Below are positions 50,519-60,347 of a DNA stretch of 64,000 nucleotides, piece by piece (position 1 is the first letter of the stretch; every line of letters starts with the position of its first letter). The notes beneath the pieces were generated by a model. The model searched no databases and was not told the DNA's origin. It was given only the letters and a program-made list of their open reading frames with translations. The position numbers were made by a program, and so were the translations under genes. This DNA is from Armatimonadota bacterium (GTDB taxonomy: Bacteria > Armatimonadota > UBA5829 > DTJY01). The stretch lies in NCBI GenBank assembly GCA_023511795.1, contig JAIMAU010000001.1:138384-202383 (forward strand). The letters run 5' to 3'.

Positions 50519-52309
50519 CTAAGTTTGAGCACCTAAAACATTTTTCAGCATACTTGCAAGCTCTTCATTGCTCGTCAAAGGCATGGAACATTCATTTCGA
50601 CAGCATACATATACAATCGGCTTTTCTTCTGCTTTGTAGGTGATAGGACCAATGGTAAGTAGGTCCTCATTCGGGTCAAGAAGTTGAACGAGCTTTCGAG
50701 GATCGTATGCGTGCAAGCTTGTTTCGAGCATCGCCTGAGTTTCCTCTTTTTTTCGATTGCCAACAAGAACGATATGGATTGGAAAGTTTAGGTATAGGTC
50801 AAGGGTAACGCCAAAAGCTGCTCCAAGGACGCTTTCCACCATTTGGGGATGTGCAATCGCATGAAATGTTTGCTCCGCAAAGTCGCGGTATGTTTCGAAT
50901 CCAGTAAGATATGAAAGCTCTACCAACAATTTTGCTGCCATTACATTTTCATCAAAAGGCTTGTGCCTTTCTTTGAGCCTGCCGAAAGCATTTGGGTCAT
51001 ATAACTGGAAATAAAAGCCTCCATCTTCTTGGTCTCGAAGTTCAGATATCATGAATTTGACCAGTGCTTCAGCCTGATTTAAGTATTTTCGCTGGCCAGT
51101 AGATTGGAATAAATCAACAAGGCCTTGTGCAAAGTATACTTGGTCGCTAAGTATTCCAGGAAGCTTTGGTTCACCGTCATTATAATGGCACATCTTCCCG
51201 TCTATCATATTCTCATCAAGTATTCGGTCAGCCGTCTTTGCGGCAAAGTCGCGAGCTTCTTTGTCACCCATTGCTTGGAAGAGTCGGCAGTAAGCCGAAA
51301 TCATCATCCCATTCCAGTCGGTAAAAATCGTTGTATCTACGTCGGGCACGCCAATTTCTAAACGCTCTTTTTCGTCCTTTGAATAGTAATTTTCTCCGGG
51401 TATGAATTCTTTTGATAAGTCTCTGCTGCCGACATCCGCATCTTGGCTACCATAGAAACCACCCTTTTGCTGGTCAGACAGGAATCTTCTAACATAGTTC
51501 TTGATGCCTGCTGCAACTTCGCCATATTTGTTATCTTTAGTCACCTGGTATGCTTCTAGGTAATTGTCCAGAGCGCCAGCTTGGACATAGAGCATTTTCT
51601 CATAATGGGGTTGCGTCCAACTGCCATCCTCGGAGTATCTGAAAAACCCACCCCACACAGGGTCATATATCCCCATCATTCCGTCAAGAGTCTTCAAAGC
51701 TATTTTTAGTATGTCCTCATCTCCAGTTTTTTTATATTGGAGGAAAGCAAAATGAATGGCGTCTGGATAGGGAAACTTTGGTTCACTTCCAAAACCACCA
51801 TGCCAAGGGTCGAACTCTCGTTTCAGCGCAGATGAGAGTTTATCAAGGACGGTTTCGTCTAGTTTGGGCATAGGAGCTTCTGGCAGTTCTCCTGCGTGTT
51901 CGATCTCCTCTTCCTGCTCAACAATGCGCATTGTGGTTGTTGCGGTGTGTTCATAGTAGGCTATATTTGTTTCGCATAGCATTCGAATCATAGCGTCAGG
52001 CGGAAGATATGTAGAACCGTTGAGAATCCTTCCGTCAGGGGTAAGAATTGCAGTTGTTGGCCACCCGCCAAGCAGGTATCGGTCTTGAACATCTGGCCTC
52101 TTGTCGCCATCAATCCGGATTGGAACAAAGCGGTCATTGATTATACGAACGACAATGGGGTCGGCATAAGTGGTTCGGTCCATAACATGGCACCAATGAC
52201 ACCAGGTAGCGCTAATATTGAGAATTATTAGCTTATTTTCCTTCTCAGCTTTTATAAATGCTTCTTTGGTCCAATCCATCCAGCGTATGGTGGGAGAATG
52301 CTGTTTCAT
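50519..52309 (-). CDS. DUF255 thioredoxin + (alpha/alpha)6 protein (YyaL/SPATA20 family)
   Basis: ATWCHWCHVM, RPDV, GGWP, GGFG..PKFP, PHYEKML, GGFY..QDAD, DWNG. Confidence 0.92.
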   Translation of the reverse strand: MKQHSPTIRWMDWTKEAFIKAEKENKLIILNISATWCHWCHVMDRTTYADPIVVRIINDRFVPIRIDGDKRPDVQDRYLLGGWPTTAILTPDGRILNGSTYLPPDAMIRMLCETNIAYYEHTATTTMRIVEQEEEIEHAGELPEAPMPKLDETVLDKLSSALKREFDPWHGGFGSEPKFPYPDAIHFAFLQYKKTGDEDILKIALKTLDGMMGIYDPVWGGFFRYSEDGSWTQPHYEKMLYVQAGALDNYLEAYQVTKDNKYGEVAAGIKNYVRRFLSDQQKGGFYGSQDADVGSRDLSKEFIPGENYYSKDEKERLEIGVPDVDTTIFTDWNGMMISAYCRLFQAMGDKEARDFAAKTADRILDENMIDGKMCHYNDGEPKLPGILSDQVYFAQGLVDLFQSTGQRKYLNQAEALVKFMISELRDQEDGGFYFQLYDPNAFGRLKERHKPFDENVMAAKLLVELSYLTGFETYRDFAEQTFHAIAHPQMVESVLGAAFGVTLDLYLNFPIHIVLVGNRKKEETQAMLETSLHAYDPRKLVQLLDPNEDLLTIGPITYKAEEKPIVYVCCRNECSMPLTSNEELASMLKNVLGAQT

Positions 52310-52371
52310 GGTGGGTGAACCTCCCAGGGTTCAAATGCAACACTTGTAGCTGAAATTTCTTTACTGAATCT

Positions 52372-52398
52372 ATGCCCACATATGGCTGGGCGCCAAAC
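52372..52398 (-). promoter_or_regulatory. Possible SigB/SigF-type promoter
   Basis: GTTTGG-N15-GGGCAT about 63 nt upstream of the DUF255 gene. Confidence 0.45.
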
Positions 52399-52433
52399 GT
52401 GGAATGGAAGAGGTTATTTATACTAGCTAATTG

Positions 52434-53465
52434 TTACAGCTCGATGACAGCCCTTAGGACTCCGTCCCTACGGTCCCGGGCTAACTCTATGGCTTCGACA
52501 ACTCGTTCCAGTGGGAAACGGTGCGTTACCATTGAGATTGCATTTATCTTCCCATCGCGGACAAGATTTATTGAGCGTTCGAGAGTGTTATTGCTTCTGC
52601 GGATAAGCTTTATTGTTAAGCCCTTTCGACGGACAACGGAGGCCGTGAGAGTCATATTGTCTTCGCGAGGGATGCCGCCCACGAGCACAAGCCCGCCGGG
52701 GCGAACTATCTCAGTTGCCTGTTGGACGGCTTCATTTTCGCCTGCTGCCTCGAATACTATATCAAGCCCCCGTCCGCCAGTCGCTGAAATAATCTGTTTA
52801 ACTAGGCCAGGTTCGTTTGCCTGGAAAGTTCGTGTGGCTCCTAACTTTTTTGCGATTTCTAGCCTTTCAGAGATTAAGTCTGTAACGTAAATATCACCGC
52901 AACCAGCTGCTCGTGCAGCTTGCATAATTGAGATTCCAATGCCGCCAGCGCCTAGAATGCCAACCGTTTTTCCCTGTATTGGTTCTGCGAGGTCAACCGC
53001 ATAGACTCCAATTGCGATTGGTTCGAGCATGGCGGCTTCAGCATAGTCCATAAAGTTGGGAACTTTGTACACCAGGTGTGCCGGCCAGGTCAGAAATTCA
53101 CGGAGTGCCCCTTGAGTTGGCGGAGTGCCGCAGAAAAGTATGTTTCGGCAGAGGTTATAATCGCCGTTGAGGCATAAGTCGCACTTTCGGCAGGCAATTG
53201 CAGGTTCGACTGCAACCTTGTCACCCAGTTTGACATTCAAGACTCCTTGGCCAACTTCGGCGATTGCCCCGGCGAACTCGTGCCCTAGAATTATGGGTTC
53301 CCTTACCACTACATCGCCGATTCTGCCATCTCGGAAATAATGGATGTCCGATGCACAAATGCCGACTGCTTTGACTTGTACTAGAACTTCTCCTTCACCG
53401 GGTACGGGTTTCTCAATTTCTACCAAGCGTAGGTCTCCTGCTCCGTAAAGCATTGCAGTTCGCAT
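52434..53465 (-). CDS. Zn-dependent polyol (sorbitol/L-iditol-type) dehydrogenase
   Basis: GICASD, LGHE, CRKCDLC...C, LEP, GAGGIG. Confidence 0.9.
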   Translation of the reverse strand: MRTAMLYGAGDLRLVEIEKPVPGEGEVLVQVKAVGICASDIHYFRDGRIGDVVVREPIILGHEFAGAIAEVGQGVLNVKLGDKVAVEPAIACRKCDLCLNGDYNLCRNILFCGTPPTQGALREFLTWPAHLVYKVPNFMDYAEAAMLEPIAIGVYAVDLAEPIQGKTVGILGAGGIGISIMQAARAAGCGDIYVTDLISERLEIAKKLGATRTFQANEPGLVKQIISATGGRGLDIVFEAAGENEAVQQATEIVRPGGLVLVGGIPREDNMTLTASVVRRKGLTIKLIRRSNNTLERSINLVRDGKINAISMVTHRFPLERVVEAIELARDRRDGVLRAVIEL

Positions 53466-53474
53466 TTTAAGCTC

Positions 53475-54182
53475 CTAATCTATGTCCTTTCCCATTATTC
53501 CATCGCAGGTCAGATTGATGTCTGGCCAGCCATCGTTGGCTTTGTTTATCTGGGTAGCCTTTAGGTATTTGCAGTGATAGTCTGCAAATAGATAATTCCT
53601 TCCACCTTTCCAACTGTTCCAGCCTACATGCGGCGTTTCATGATTGCTGAGCCATTCAGCAACGAGGACTTTTTTTGACGGATATTTCACTGCGTGTTGC
53701 TTCCAAGTTACGCACGGAATCTTCTCTGTCCAGGTTTGCTCAATTCTTGTCAAACTGTTTATTTGTTCGACCGTATGATAAAATGCCATTGAATATGCAT
53801 AGGATGTTTTATCATAGGCTGTTGGTGCCTTAGTATCACTGGGGCAAAGAAGAATTAGAGCGTTGTTTCGTTTTGATTTCCATTTATCGTTGGGATCTTC
53901 TTCCGCATCCGATGCGAGATATGGCATCAGAGGCCAGCGCCATCTCCTGCCCATCCATAGAAACGGGTCGTTGGTGTTAGGGTAGCATCCGTCATAGTCT
54001 TGAAGATACAAACTGAATGCTTGACCGATTTGTACTAGATTTGATTGGCAGGCAACCCTTTGCGCCTTTATCTTGGCAGTTGTAAAGACCGGAAGCAAAA
54101 TTGCCGCCAATATGGCAATTATTACTAGTACAACTAAGACCTCTATTAGAGTAAATCCTTTTTCTTTTTGGCAAAGATGCAA
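53475..54182 (-). CDS. Prepilin-type N-terminal cleavage/methylation protein (DUF1559-like)
   Basis: KGFTLIEVLVVLVIIAILAAILLPVF...CQSNL.QIG; C-terminal NYLFADYH. Confidence 0.9.
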   Translation of the reverse strand: MHLCQKEKGFTLIEVLVVLVIIAILAAILLPVFTTAKIKAQRVACQSNLVQIGQAFSLYLQDYDGCYPNTNDPFLWMGRRWRWPLMPYLASDAEEDPNDKWKSKRNNALILLCPSDTKAPTAYDKTSYAYSMAFYHTVEQINSLTRIEQTWTEKIPCVTWKQHAVKYPSKKVLVAEWLSNHETPHVGWNSWKGGRNYLFADYHCKYLKATQINKANDGWPDINLTCDGIMGKDID

Positions 54183-54185
54183 CTA

Positions 54186-54812
54186 CTATTTCCTCCGGAA
54201 GCGCCGAAGTTCCATTGCAATAATTGCCGAAGGAACCTCGGTCAAAGTAGCGACCTTTTCAAGTACTCTCGCCAAAGATCGCTCAGCAAGTTCATCAGCG
54301 GAGTCATCATTCGGCATTAGTTCGTCTATCGTCTCGGAAATTGCGCGGACTGCTTCTTCAATGTATTTAGCTTTTGCCTGCGGAAGCGTGCGCAATGGCG
54401 TGTTGGCATATCGGCGGCTCACATATTCTAACAAGCCCTCCCACGACTTTGCGGCAGCTTTCTCTTCTTTCTGCTTTTGATACGCGGCATCGCGAATTGC
54501 TGCGATTTGCTGGTCTTTTGCCTTTGCATGAGCCCAGTCTTGAAGAGTGGTGCCCTCGATGATTCTTAGCGTGAGTGACTGGCCAGTGAATTGCCGAATG
54601 GCATTCTCAATTGCCATCTTGTGTTCAGATGTTGTCATGTTGCCGCTTAGATGGAACAAGCCGGGAGCAAATCCGACGACGAACTGCCCTTCATCTATTA
54701 TTATTGGAACGGAATTCTCAAGGGCTTCCCATAGCGTCCGGTGCATTACTTTAAGCTTGACATGATCAACTACCTTGTTCCATACAGTTCGTATATCGAT
54801 TTGGGTTTGCAT
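54186..54812 (-). CDS. Hypothetical protein with DnaA-N/KH-like N-terminal domain
   Basis: Long ORF with GGAGG RBS and an upstream TTGACT-N17-TATACT. Confidence 0.75.
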   Translation of the reverse strand: MQTQIDIRTVWNKVVDHVKLKVMHRTLWEALENSVPIIIDEGQFVVGFAPGLFHLSGNMTTSEHKMAIENAIRQFTGQSLTLRIIEGTTLQDWAHAKAKDQQIAAIRDAAYQKQKEEKAAAKSWEGLLEYVSRRYANTPLRTLPQAKAKYIEEAVRAISETIDELMPNDDSADELAERSLARVLEKVATLTEVPSAIIAMELRRFRRK

Positions 54813-54961
54813 GGCCAAACCTCCTTGATTGCGTTGGTAAAGATACGAATATTAGTCGTAATTAGTATGCCCGTACCTGCCAAAGTATATAGAAGCATAG
54901 ATGGAAAGTCAAGATTTAAATCTTGACCATCTCTCGTTTTGGAAAATACGCAAAAGTTAAA

Positions 54962-54993
54962 GATGGCAGGTTATGTTGCAAAAGCCTGCCATC
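54962..54993 (-). terminator. Putative terminator after the Gfo/Idh/MocA gene
   Basis: GATGGCAGG...CCTGCCATC inverted repeat. Confidence 0.55.
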
Positions 54994-55044
54994 CCGAAAT
55001 GTTTATATGCCATAAAGACAGAGTGTTGCAAGGTCAAAAGAAAT

Positions 55045-56352
55045 TTACAATTCCCACCCTTTTCTATATGGCGTATTGATAAACCTGTCTGCTTTCGGAC
55101 AGTTAATCGCTCTCATATTCTCTGAATCCCAGTAGATTGGCTCGCGCGTGAGAAGTGCTAAGTTGCCAAGCAAGCATAATTCAGTGAGACCAGCGGCGTA
55201 ATCGAAATTTGACATAGCTGGCTCTCCACCTTTACATGCCCGAATCCACTCTGCATGGTGTCCTGGCGAACGAGGCAACGTAGGCTCAGGTTTTTGGAAG
55301 TTTGCAAACTTCTCAGCTGGAAGCAGTTCACAAGCTCCGCCGCCATCACCTGGTGCGTACATTATTCCGTTATCACCAATTATTGCAACGCCGCTCCCAG
55401 GAAGCTCTTCTTGCCCAATAATACTTGGCGAAGGTTTTAGACCACCGTCGTACCATTTCAAACGCAGAGGGGGCATACTACCTCTTGCTGGGAATGTATA
55501 GCGGATTATGGACTGCTTTGGGTATGATTCGCTTGTCATCTCTTTTACGACCTCGGCTTCTACAGATATTGGGTTGTCAAGCTTAAGACCCATATAAACC
55601 ATGTTTAAAGTATGGCAACCCATATCCCCTAGGGCTCCTGTGCCGAAGTCAATCCATCCTCTCCATTTGAATGGATGGTAGCACGGATGGTATGGTCGTT
55701 TGGGTGCGGGTCCAAGGAAAAGATCCCAGTGAATCTCTTTTGGAACCGGTGGAGTCTCACTTGGGCGATTTATTCCCTGCGGCCAAATTGGACGGTTCGA
55801 CCATACATGCACTTCGCGGACAGGGCCAATAGCACCGGCTTGTAGGATCTCGACACCCTCACGGAGTGCGTTGCTTGCTGTGCCTTGGTTGCCCATTTGC
55901 GTTGCAACTTTATATTTGCGGGCGGTTTCGCGCATAAGCCTAGCTTCGTAAATCGAATGGGTCAGCGGCTTCTCGCAGTAGACGTGTTTACCCATTCTCA
56001 TTGCCATGATCGAAGCGTGGGCATGGGTGTGGTCTGGCGTGCTCACAACAACGGCATCAATCTGCTTTTCCATCTCGTCGAGCAATCTGCGGAAATCATA
56101 ATATACCTTTGCTTTTGGAAAACGATCTGCGGGAATGCGTGTTTCGTCTATGTCGCAAAGTGCAACTATATTTTCGCTGGCGACGTTATTGAGATTATCA
56201 CCACCTTTGCCGCCGCTCCCAATTATAGCAATGTTTAGCTTCTCATTCTCACTGTAGCCAAATGCCAGCCGACTCTCGCGAAGGAAAAGAAAGCCTGCTC
56301 CTGAGGCTGCTGTGCCTTTAAGAAAATCCCTTCTCGTTATTCTATTTTTCAT
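55045..56352 (-). CDS. Tat-exported Gfo/Idh/MocA oxidoreductase
   Basis: TRRDFLK Tat motif, IIGSGGKG, STPDHTH, YCEKPL, GALGDMGCH. Confidence 0.93.
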   Translation of the reverse strand: MKNRITRRDFLKGTAASGAGFLFLRESRLAFGYSENEKLNIAIIGSGGKGGDNLNNVASENIVALCDIDETRIPADRFPKAKVYYDFRRLLDEMEKQIDAVVVSTPDHTHAHASIMAMRMGKHVYCEKPLTHSIYEARLMRETARKYKVATQMGNQGTASNALREGVEILQAGAIGPVREVHVWSNRPIWPQGINRPSETPPVPKEIHWDLFLGPAPKRPYHPCYHPFKWRGWIDFGTGALGDMGCHTLNMVYMGLKLDNPISVEAEVVKEMTSESYPKQSIIRYTFPARGSMPPLRLKWYDGGLKPSPSIIGQEELPGSGVAIIGDNGIMYAPGDGGGACELLPAEKFANFQKPEPTLPRSPGHHAEWIRACKGGEPAMSNFDYAAGLTELCLLGNLALLTREPIYWDSENMRAINCPKADRFINTPYRKGWEL

Positions 56353-56431
56353 ATCTTTGCCTCCATAATGGTCGGAATGTATTTTCTTAAGAATCTATTA
56401 CATACGTTGCAATCGAATACCTCCCTGCTTT

Positions 56432-56457
56432 GTTTTAGTGTTCTTTTGTATGGGTAG
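56432..56457 (+). promoter_or_regulatory. SigB/SigF-type promoter
   Basis: GTTTTA-N14-GGGTAG about 40 nt upstream of the DUF302 start. Confidence 0.55.
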
Positions 56458-56496
56458 CTCAAAGTTGGAGGATATTTAACTTTGGGGGTGACGAAA

Positions 56497-56994
56497 GTGG
56501 CTGACGAGAGAATCATCGAAGTTGCGGAAGGGCCAAGCATTTCATCCAAATTAGGTGAGGGAGTTGAACGCCATGCATCTGCCATTCGTCTCCCTGTTAG
56601 TTATGGCATCAAGGTGTGGATAGAAAGACCTTATGAACGAGTATTAGCTACAGTGAAAGAAAAGCTTTTACAAGAGGGTCTAGTGATCGCATACGAAGCT
56701 GACGTCCGAAAGTTCGTCTATAATCTTAGCGGTGCAAACTTCCCACATTACACAATATTGGGCGTTTGGCATCCAACGTGGGCGAATCAAGCACTGCATA
56801 TCGACCTCGACTGCGGCCTTCTTCTTCCATTTGGGCTTGTTGTTTATGAGCAAACGAATGGCACGGTTGTTGAAGCTGTCGATCCAATAGTGCTCTTTGC
56901 AATCCCTGGTGGAGCTGACCTTCAGGAGCTAGCTCGCTCTGTAAAAATGAAGCTTGAGGACGTAGTTGACCATGTCTTTGCCCTACTTGATTAG
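56497..56994 (+). CDS. DUF302 domain protein
   Basis: Y.ILG...P..A.QAL....GLLLP..LVVYE....VEAVDP; GTG start after GGGGGTGA. Confidence 0.8.
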   Translation: MADERIIEVAEGPSISSKLGEGVERHASAIRLPVSYGIKVWIERPYERVLATVKEKLLQEGLVIAYEADVRKFVYNLSGANFPHYTILGVWHPTWANQALHIDLDCGLLLPFGLVVYEQTNGTVVEAVDPIVLFAIPGGADLQELARSVKMKLEDVVDHVFALLD

Positions 56995-57147
56995 CTCTTC
57001 TGGTATTATTAGCTTTTTCCGTTTAGATTGGCATTTGTTGTTGACAAGCGGCAGATATTGAGCTACAAAATGGTTGACTTGCCTGTTATGTTGGAAACTT
57101 AGCCAGCGCTCAGGTCTTTAATTGACTTGCTTTTCTAGGAGAATATA

Positions 57148-58350
57148 ATGCTTTTTAATAACCACTTACTACGGCTTATCCTTTATTTCCATGTTGTCTG
57201 CTTTAGTATTTTCATTTTTGCAAGCGAAATATCTGCCGCTAGAAACATCATCCTAATGATAGGAGATGGTATGGGCTACCAATATGTGAATGCCGCAAGT
57301 TACTATCTTACTGGTGCTGCTGGTAATCTTTCATTCGAGCGGTTCTATAAGTGCGGAGTAACCACATATTCCGCTAACAACCCAATTACGGATTCTGCCG
57401 CAGCTGCTACTGCTATGGCAACAGGGCATAAGGTTAATAACAACGTTGTCTCGCAAGCGCCAGATGGTTCGCCATATCAAACAATTTTGGAGTATGCAAA
57501 GGAAAAAGGTAAGCGCACCGGTCTTGTTACCAATGTTCCTATTACTCATGCGACGCCAGCTGCCTTTGGGGCACACGAACCATCGAGAAATAATTACATA
57601 GGTATTGGCAATGACTACTTAAGCTCATCACGTCCGGATATAATTTTTGGCGGCGGTGATCCTGCGCGCGGTGGGTCAAGTTACTTTAGCACATCCCAAG
57701 TTGCAATTGCCCAGACACTGGGATATCAGGTGGTCTATAACAATTCTCAAATGTCCGGTCTAAATCCGGCAACTACCAGCCGTGCCATTGGTCTTTTCGC
57801 GGGCGGCGATATGACTTATGAATATGACCGTCTTCCTGATAGCTTGGAACCCCATTTAAGTCAGATGACTATTAAAGCTCTGGATGTCATGAACGCCGAT
57901 CCCGATGGTTTTTTCCTGATGATTGAGGGAGGATTAATAGACCATGCCGCTCATGGAAATTGGATAGAGCGAACTACATGCGAGGTTGTGGAATTCCACA
58001 ATTCTGTTCAAGCAGTGCTGAATTGGATGCAGGGGCGGTCAGATACTCTGCTTATAGTTGTTGCTGATCACGAGATTGGCGGTTTAACTGTTACTAATCG
58101 AGGTGCTGGTGTTTATCCTCTTGCTTCGTGGACCTCGACAGGTCATACAGCAGCAAACGTACCACTCTATACTACTGGTGCTAATTCGTTTCTGATAGAT
58201 GCTTACATAACTAATGGAGTGGTAGACAATACTGACATATATTTCTTCATGAGGGACTCTTTCGATATTGTGCCTGAGCCTTCGGGTGTCTTTGTTATTG
58301 CCGCTGGAATTTGCATATTCTTTCCAATATACCGAAGACTTCGCCAGTAA
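57148..58350 (+). CDS. Alkaline phosphatase with PEP-CTERM sorting signal
   Basis: NIILMIGDGMG, TDSAAAATA, THATPA, EGGLIDHAAH, ADHE, GHT; C-terminal VPEPS-TM-RRLRQ. Confidence 0.92.
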   Translation: MLFNNHLLRLILYFHVVCFSIFIFASEISAARNIILMIGDGMGYQYVNAASYYLTGAAGNLSFERFYKCGVTTYSANNPITDSAAAATAMATGHKVNNNVVSQAPDGSPYQTILEYAKEKGKRTGLVTNVPITHATPAAFGAHEPSRNNYIGIGNDYLSSSRPDIIFGGGDPARGGSSYFSTSQVAIAQTLGYQVVYNNSQMSGLNPATTSRAIGLFAGGDMTYEYDRLPDSLEPHLSQMTIKALDVMNADPDGFFLMIEGGLIDHAAHGNWIERTTCEVVEFHNSVQAVLNWMQGRSDTLLIVVADHEIGGLTVTNRGAGVYPLASWTSTGHTAANVPLYTTGANSFLIDAYITNGVVDNTDIYFFMRDSFDIVPEPSGVFVIAAGICIFFPIYRRLRQ

Positions 58351-58423
58351 TAGGTCCTAGCATTTTCGAACGATATTGTCTGCAGGACGGGTAAAAGCCA
58401 CAAAATTGCAGATGAAATTATTA

Positions 58424-59149
58424 TTATCTTAGTCTGGTTACGTACCAAAGGTTGTTGGCAGGACCTGATGGGGCAAAAGGATATTTTTCAGGTTCCATTG
58501 TTATCACATGGCCATCACACATAAGGTAATTGTTCATCCTGGCGTGCATCGGCCGATTAGCGCTCTGCCAATATTTGTTCTTTGTCGGCCGATATCCCAT
58601 AACCCATTCCCAGTTGCCACATCGGTAGACAAAACCTTCTCCAAAAGGGCTTTCCTCATCTGCAGGTATGCCTTCGTACAGTAGGATTGTTCGCTCAGGT
58701 TGCATTATTCGACGCTTGGGAATCCCACAAAGGTATTTAATGCACTGCGGATAAGGGATATCTGGTGGCCATCTTAAATACTCATTCATACTGTAGGTGC
58801 GAGGCGAGTACTTTGAGCGCCAACGGCCATTATACGCTGGGCAGCAAAGTAGTCCGTGTTCTCCTCTTCCTCTTTCCTTAAGGTAAGGGCGGATTCCACC
58901 ATTGCCCTCCTGGTCCCAATATGAGAGATCGCCATAGCGACCGCCAGGGCAGGGAAAAACCCCATCCCAATCGTTTGTGTAGAGGTCGAATGCTATCCCA
59001 ATTTGTTTGAGGTTTGTTGCACATTGAGATTTCCTACATGCCATCCGTGCGGTGATAATCACGGGGAAGAGTAAGCCAGATAGGAGTGCTGAAATAGCTA
59101 TCACAACAAGCAATTCGATGATTGTAAAGCCTTTTGAAGAAATTCTCAT
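58424..59149 (-). CDS. Prepilin-type N-terminal cleavage/methylation protein with H-X9-DG motif
   Basis: [14 protein letters not shown]...[23 protein letters not shown]. Confidence 0.92.
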   Translation of the reverse strand: MRISSKGFTIIELLVVIAISALLSGLLFPVIITARMACRKSQCATNLKQIGIAFDLYTNDWDGVFPCPGGRYGDLSYWDQEGNGGIRPYLKERGRGEHGLLCCPAYNGRWRSKYSPRTYSMNEYLRWPPDIPYPQCIKYLCGIPKRRIMQPERTILLYEGIPADEESPFGEGFVYRCGNWEWVMGYRPTKNKYWQSANRPMHARMNNYLMCDGHVITMEPEKYPFAPSGPANNLWYVTRLR

Positions 59150-59413
59150 AATATTTTTTCCTGTTTTAAAATATTAACAATTTTTCGGTAGTTTACCAGG
59201 TAAGCATACGAATGTAAACTAAGCAAATGTGAAAAGCTAGTGAATTATTATATCAGTAAGCGGAGAGATTCTTTTTGCTACATTGGGTAAGAGTTTAAGA
59301 CGATGACTTTAGATTTCCAATGCATTAGTTTTTACGTCAAAAAACTTGCAGAACGTTAGCGTTCTTGTGTAGGTTAAGAAGTCTACGGTATTAACTTGTG
59401 ATGTGAGGATTAA

Positions 59414-60328
59414 ATGGGAAGGATTTCGGGAGACCAAGCAAGTTGCCAAAATATCATCACTTTTGGCCCCATATGGTTAACCATCTCAGCCATTCTCTTT
59501 GCGATAGTGGCCGTCTTGGTGCGGCTTGCTGGGTTGCAAGGTATTTCTGGTTCGGAAACAACATTCGTCCGCTTTATGTTTGGATTGGCAAGTGTGGGAC
59601 TGCTCCATAAATTTGGCATTGCCCAAATGCATTTTTGCCGGAAGTGGCTACTCGCAGCCAGAGGAATTACTGGTGGTGTTGCAATCCTTTTTTATTATCT
59701 TAGTCTTGCGTCTGTCAAAGGACCGGGACAGACTCCGTTAACGAATAGTGTTTTTTTGGGCAACTCCTATTTCATATTTACGCCCATTTTTGGAGCACTT
59801 CTGATTAAAGAAAGGCTTAGGTTTGGCACAATCCTTGCGGTTGCAGCTGCCCTTACTGGCTTGTACCTTGTTATTCAGCCGAACTTCAGTCACATAAGGA
59901 CTGGAGATATCTATGGCTTAGCAGCCGGTGTGATTTCAGGATTGGCGATAGTAATAATAAGGGAGCTAAGGAAAACCGAATCAGCTATCTCTATATTTTT
60001 CTCGTTTTGCGTATTCGGGGCGCTGGCAGGTTTAATTGGGATGCTTTTTGAGGGAGCAGTTTTACCCAATTTCTATGGTTGGCTGGTTTTATCGGTAATG
60101 GGGATAACAAGTACTGTAGGTCAGCTGTCGATGACTTATGCTCTTCGATGGTCACGCGCTGGTGAGGCGGGAATAATCCAAATGACAACCGTTATTTATT
60201 CGTCCATAGCAGGTATTCTCTGGCTGGGCGATCCTTTTAATTGGATGATTTTACTCGGCGCAATTATAGTCCTTGGTAGTGCAGGGTATATTTCTTTAGT
60301 TCAAAACTTGCAAGTAGCAGAGAAATAG
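59414..60328 (+). CDS. DMT/EamA family transporter
   Basis: About 10 TM; FVRF, ARG..G, LIKER, GQLSMTYA. Confidence 0.88.
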   Translation: MGRISGDQASCQNIITFGPIWLTISAILFAIVAVLVRLAGLQGISGSETTFVRFMFGLASVGLLHKFGIAQMHFCRKWLLAARGITGGVAILFYYLSLASVKGPGQTPLTNSVFLGNSYFIFTPIFGALLIKERLRFGTILAVAAALTGLYLVIQPNFSHIRTGDIYGLAAGVISGLAIVIIRELRKTESAISIFFSFCVFGALAGLIGMLFEGAVLPNFYGWLVLSVMGITSTVGQLSMTYALRWSRAGEAGIIQMTTVIYSSIAGILWLGDPFNWMILLGAIIVLGSAGYISLVQNLQVAEK

Positions 60329-60347
60329 GCGAACCCCAAAAGACTGA

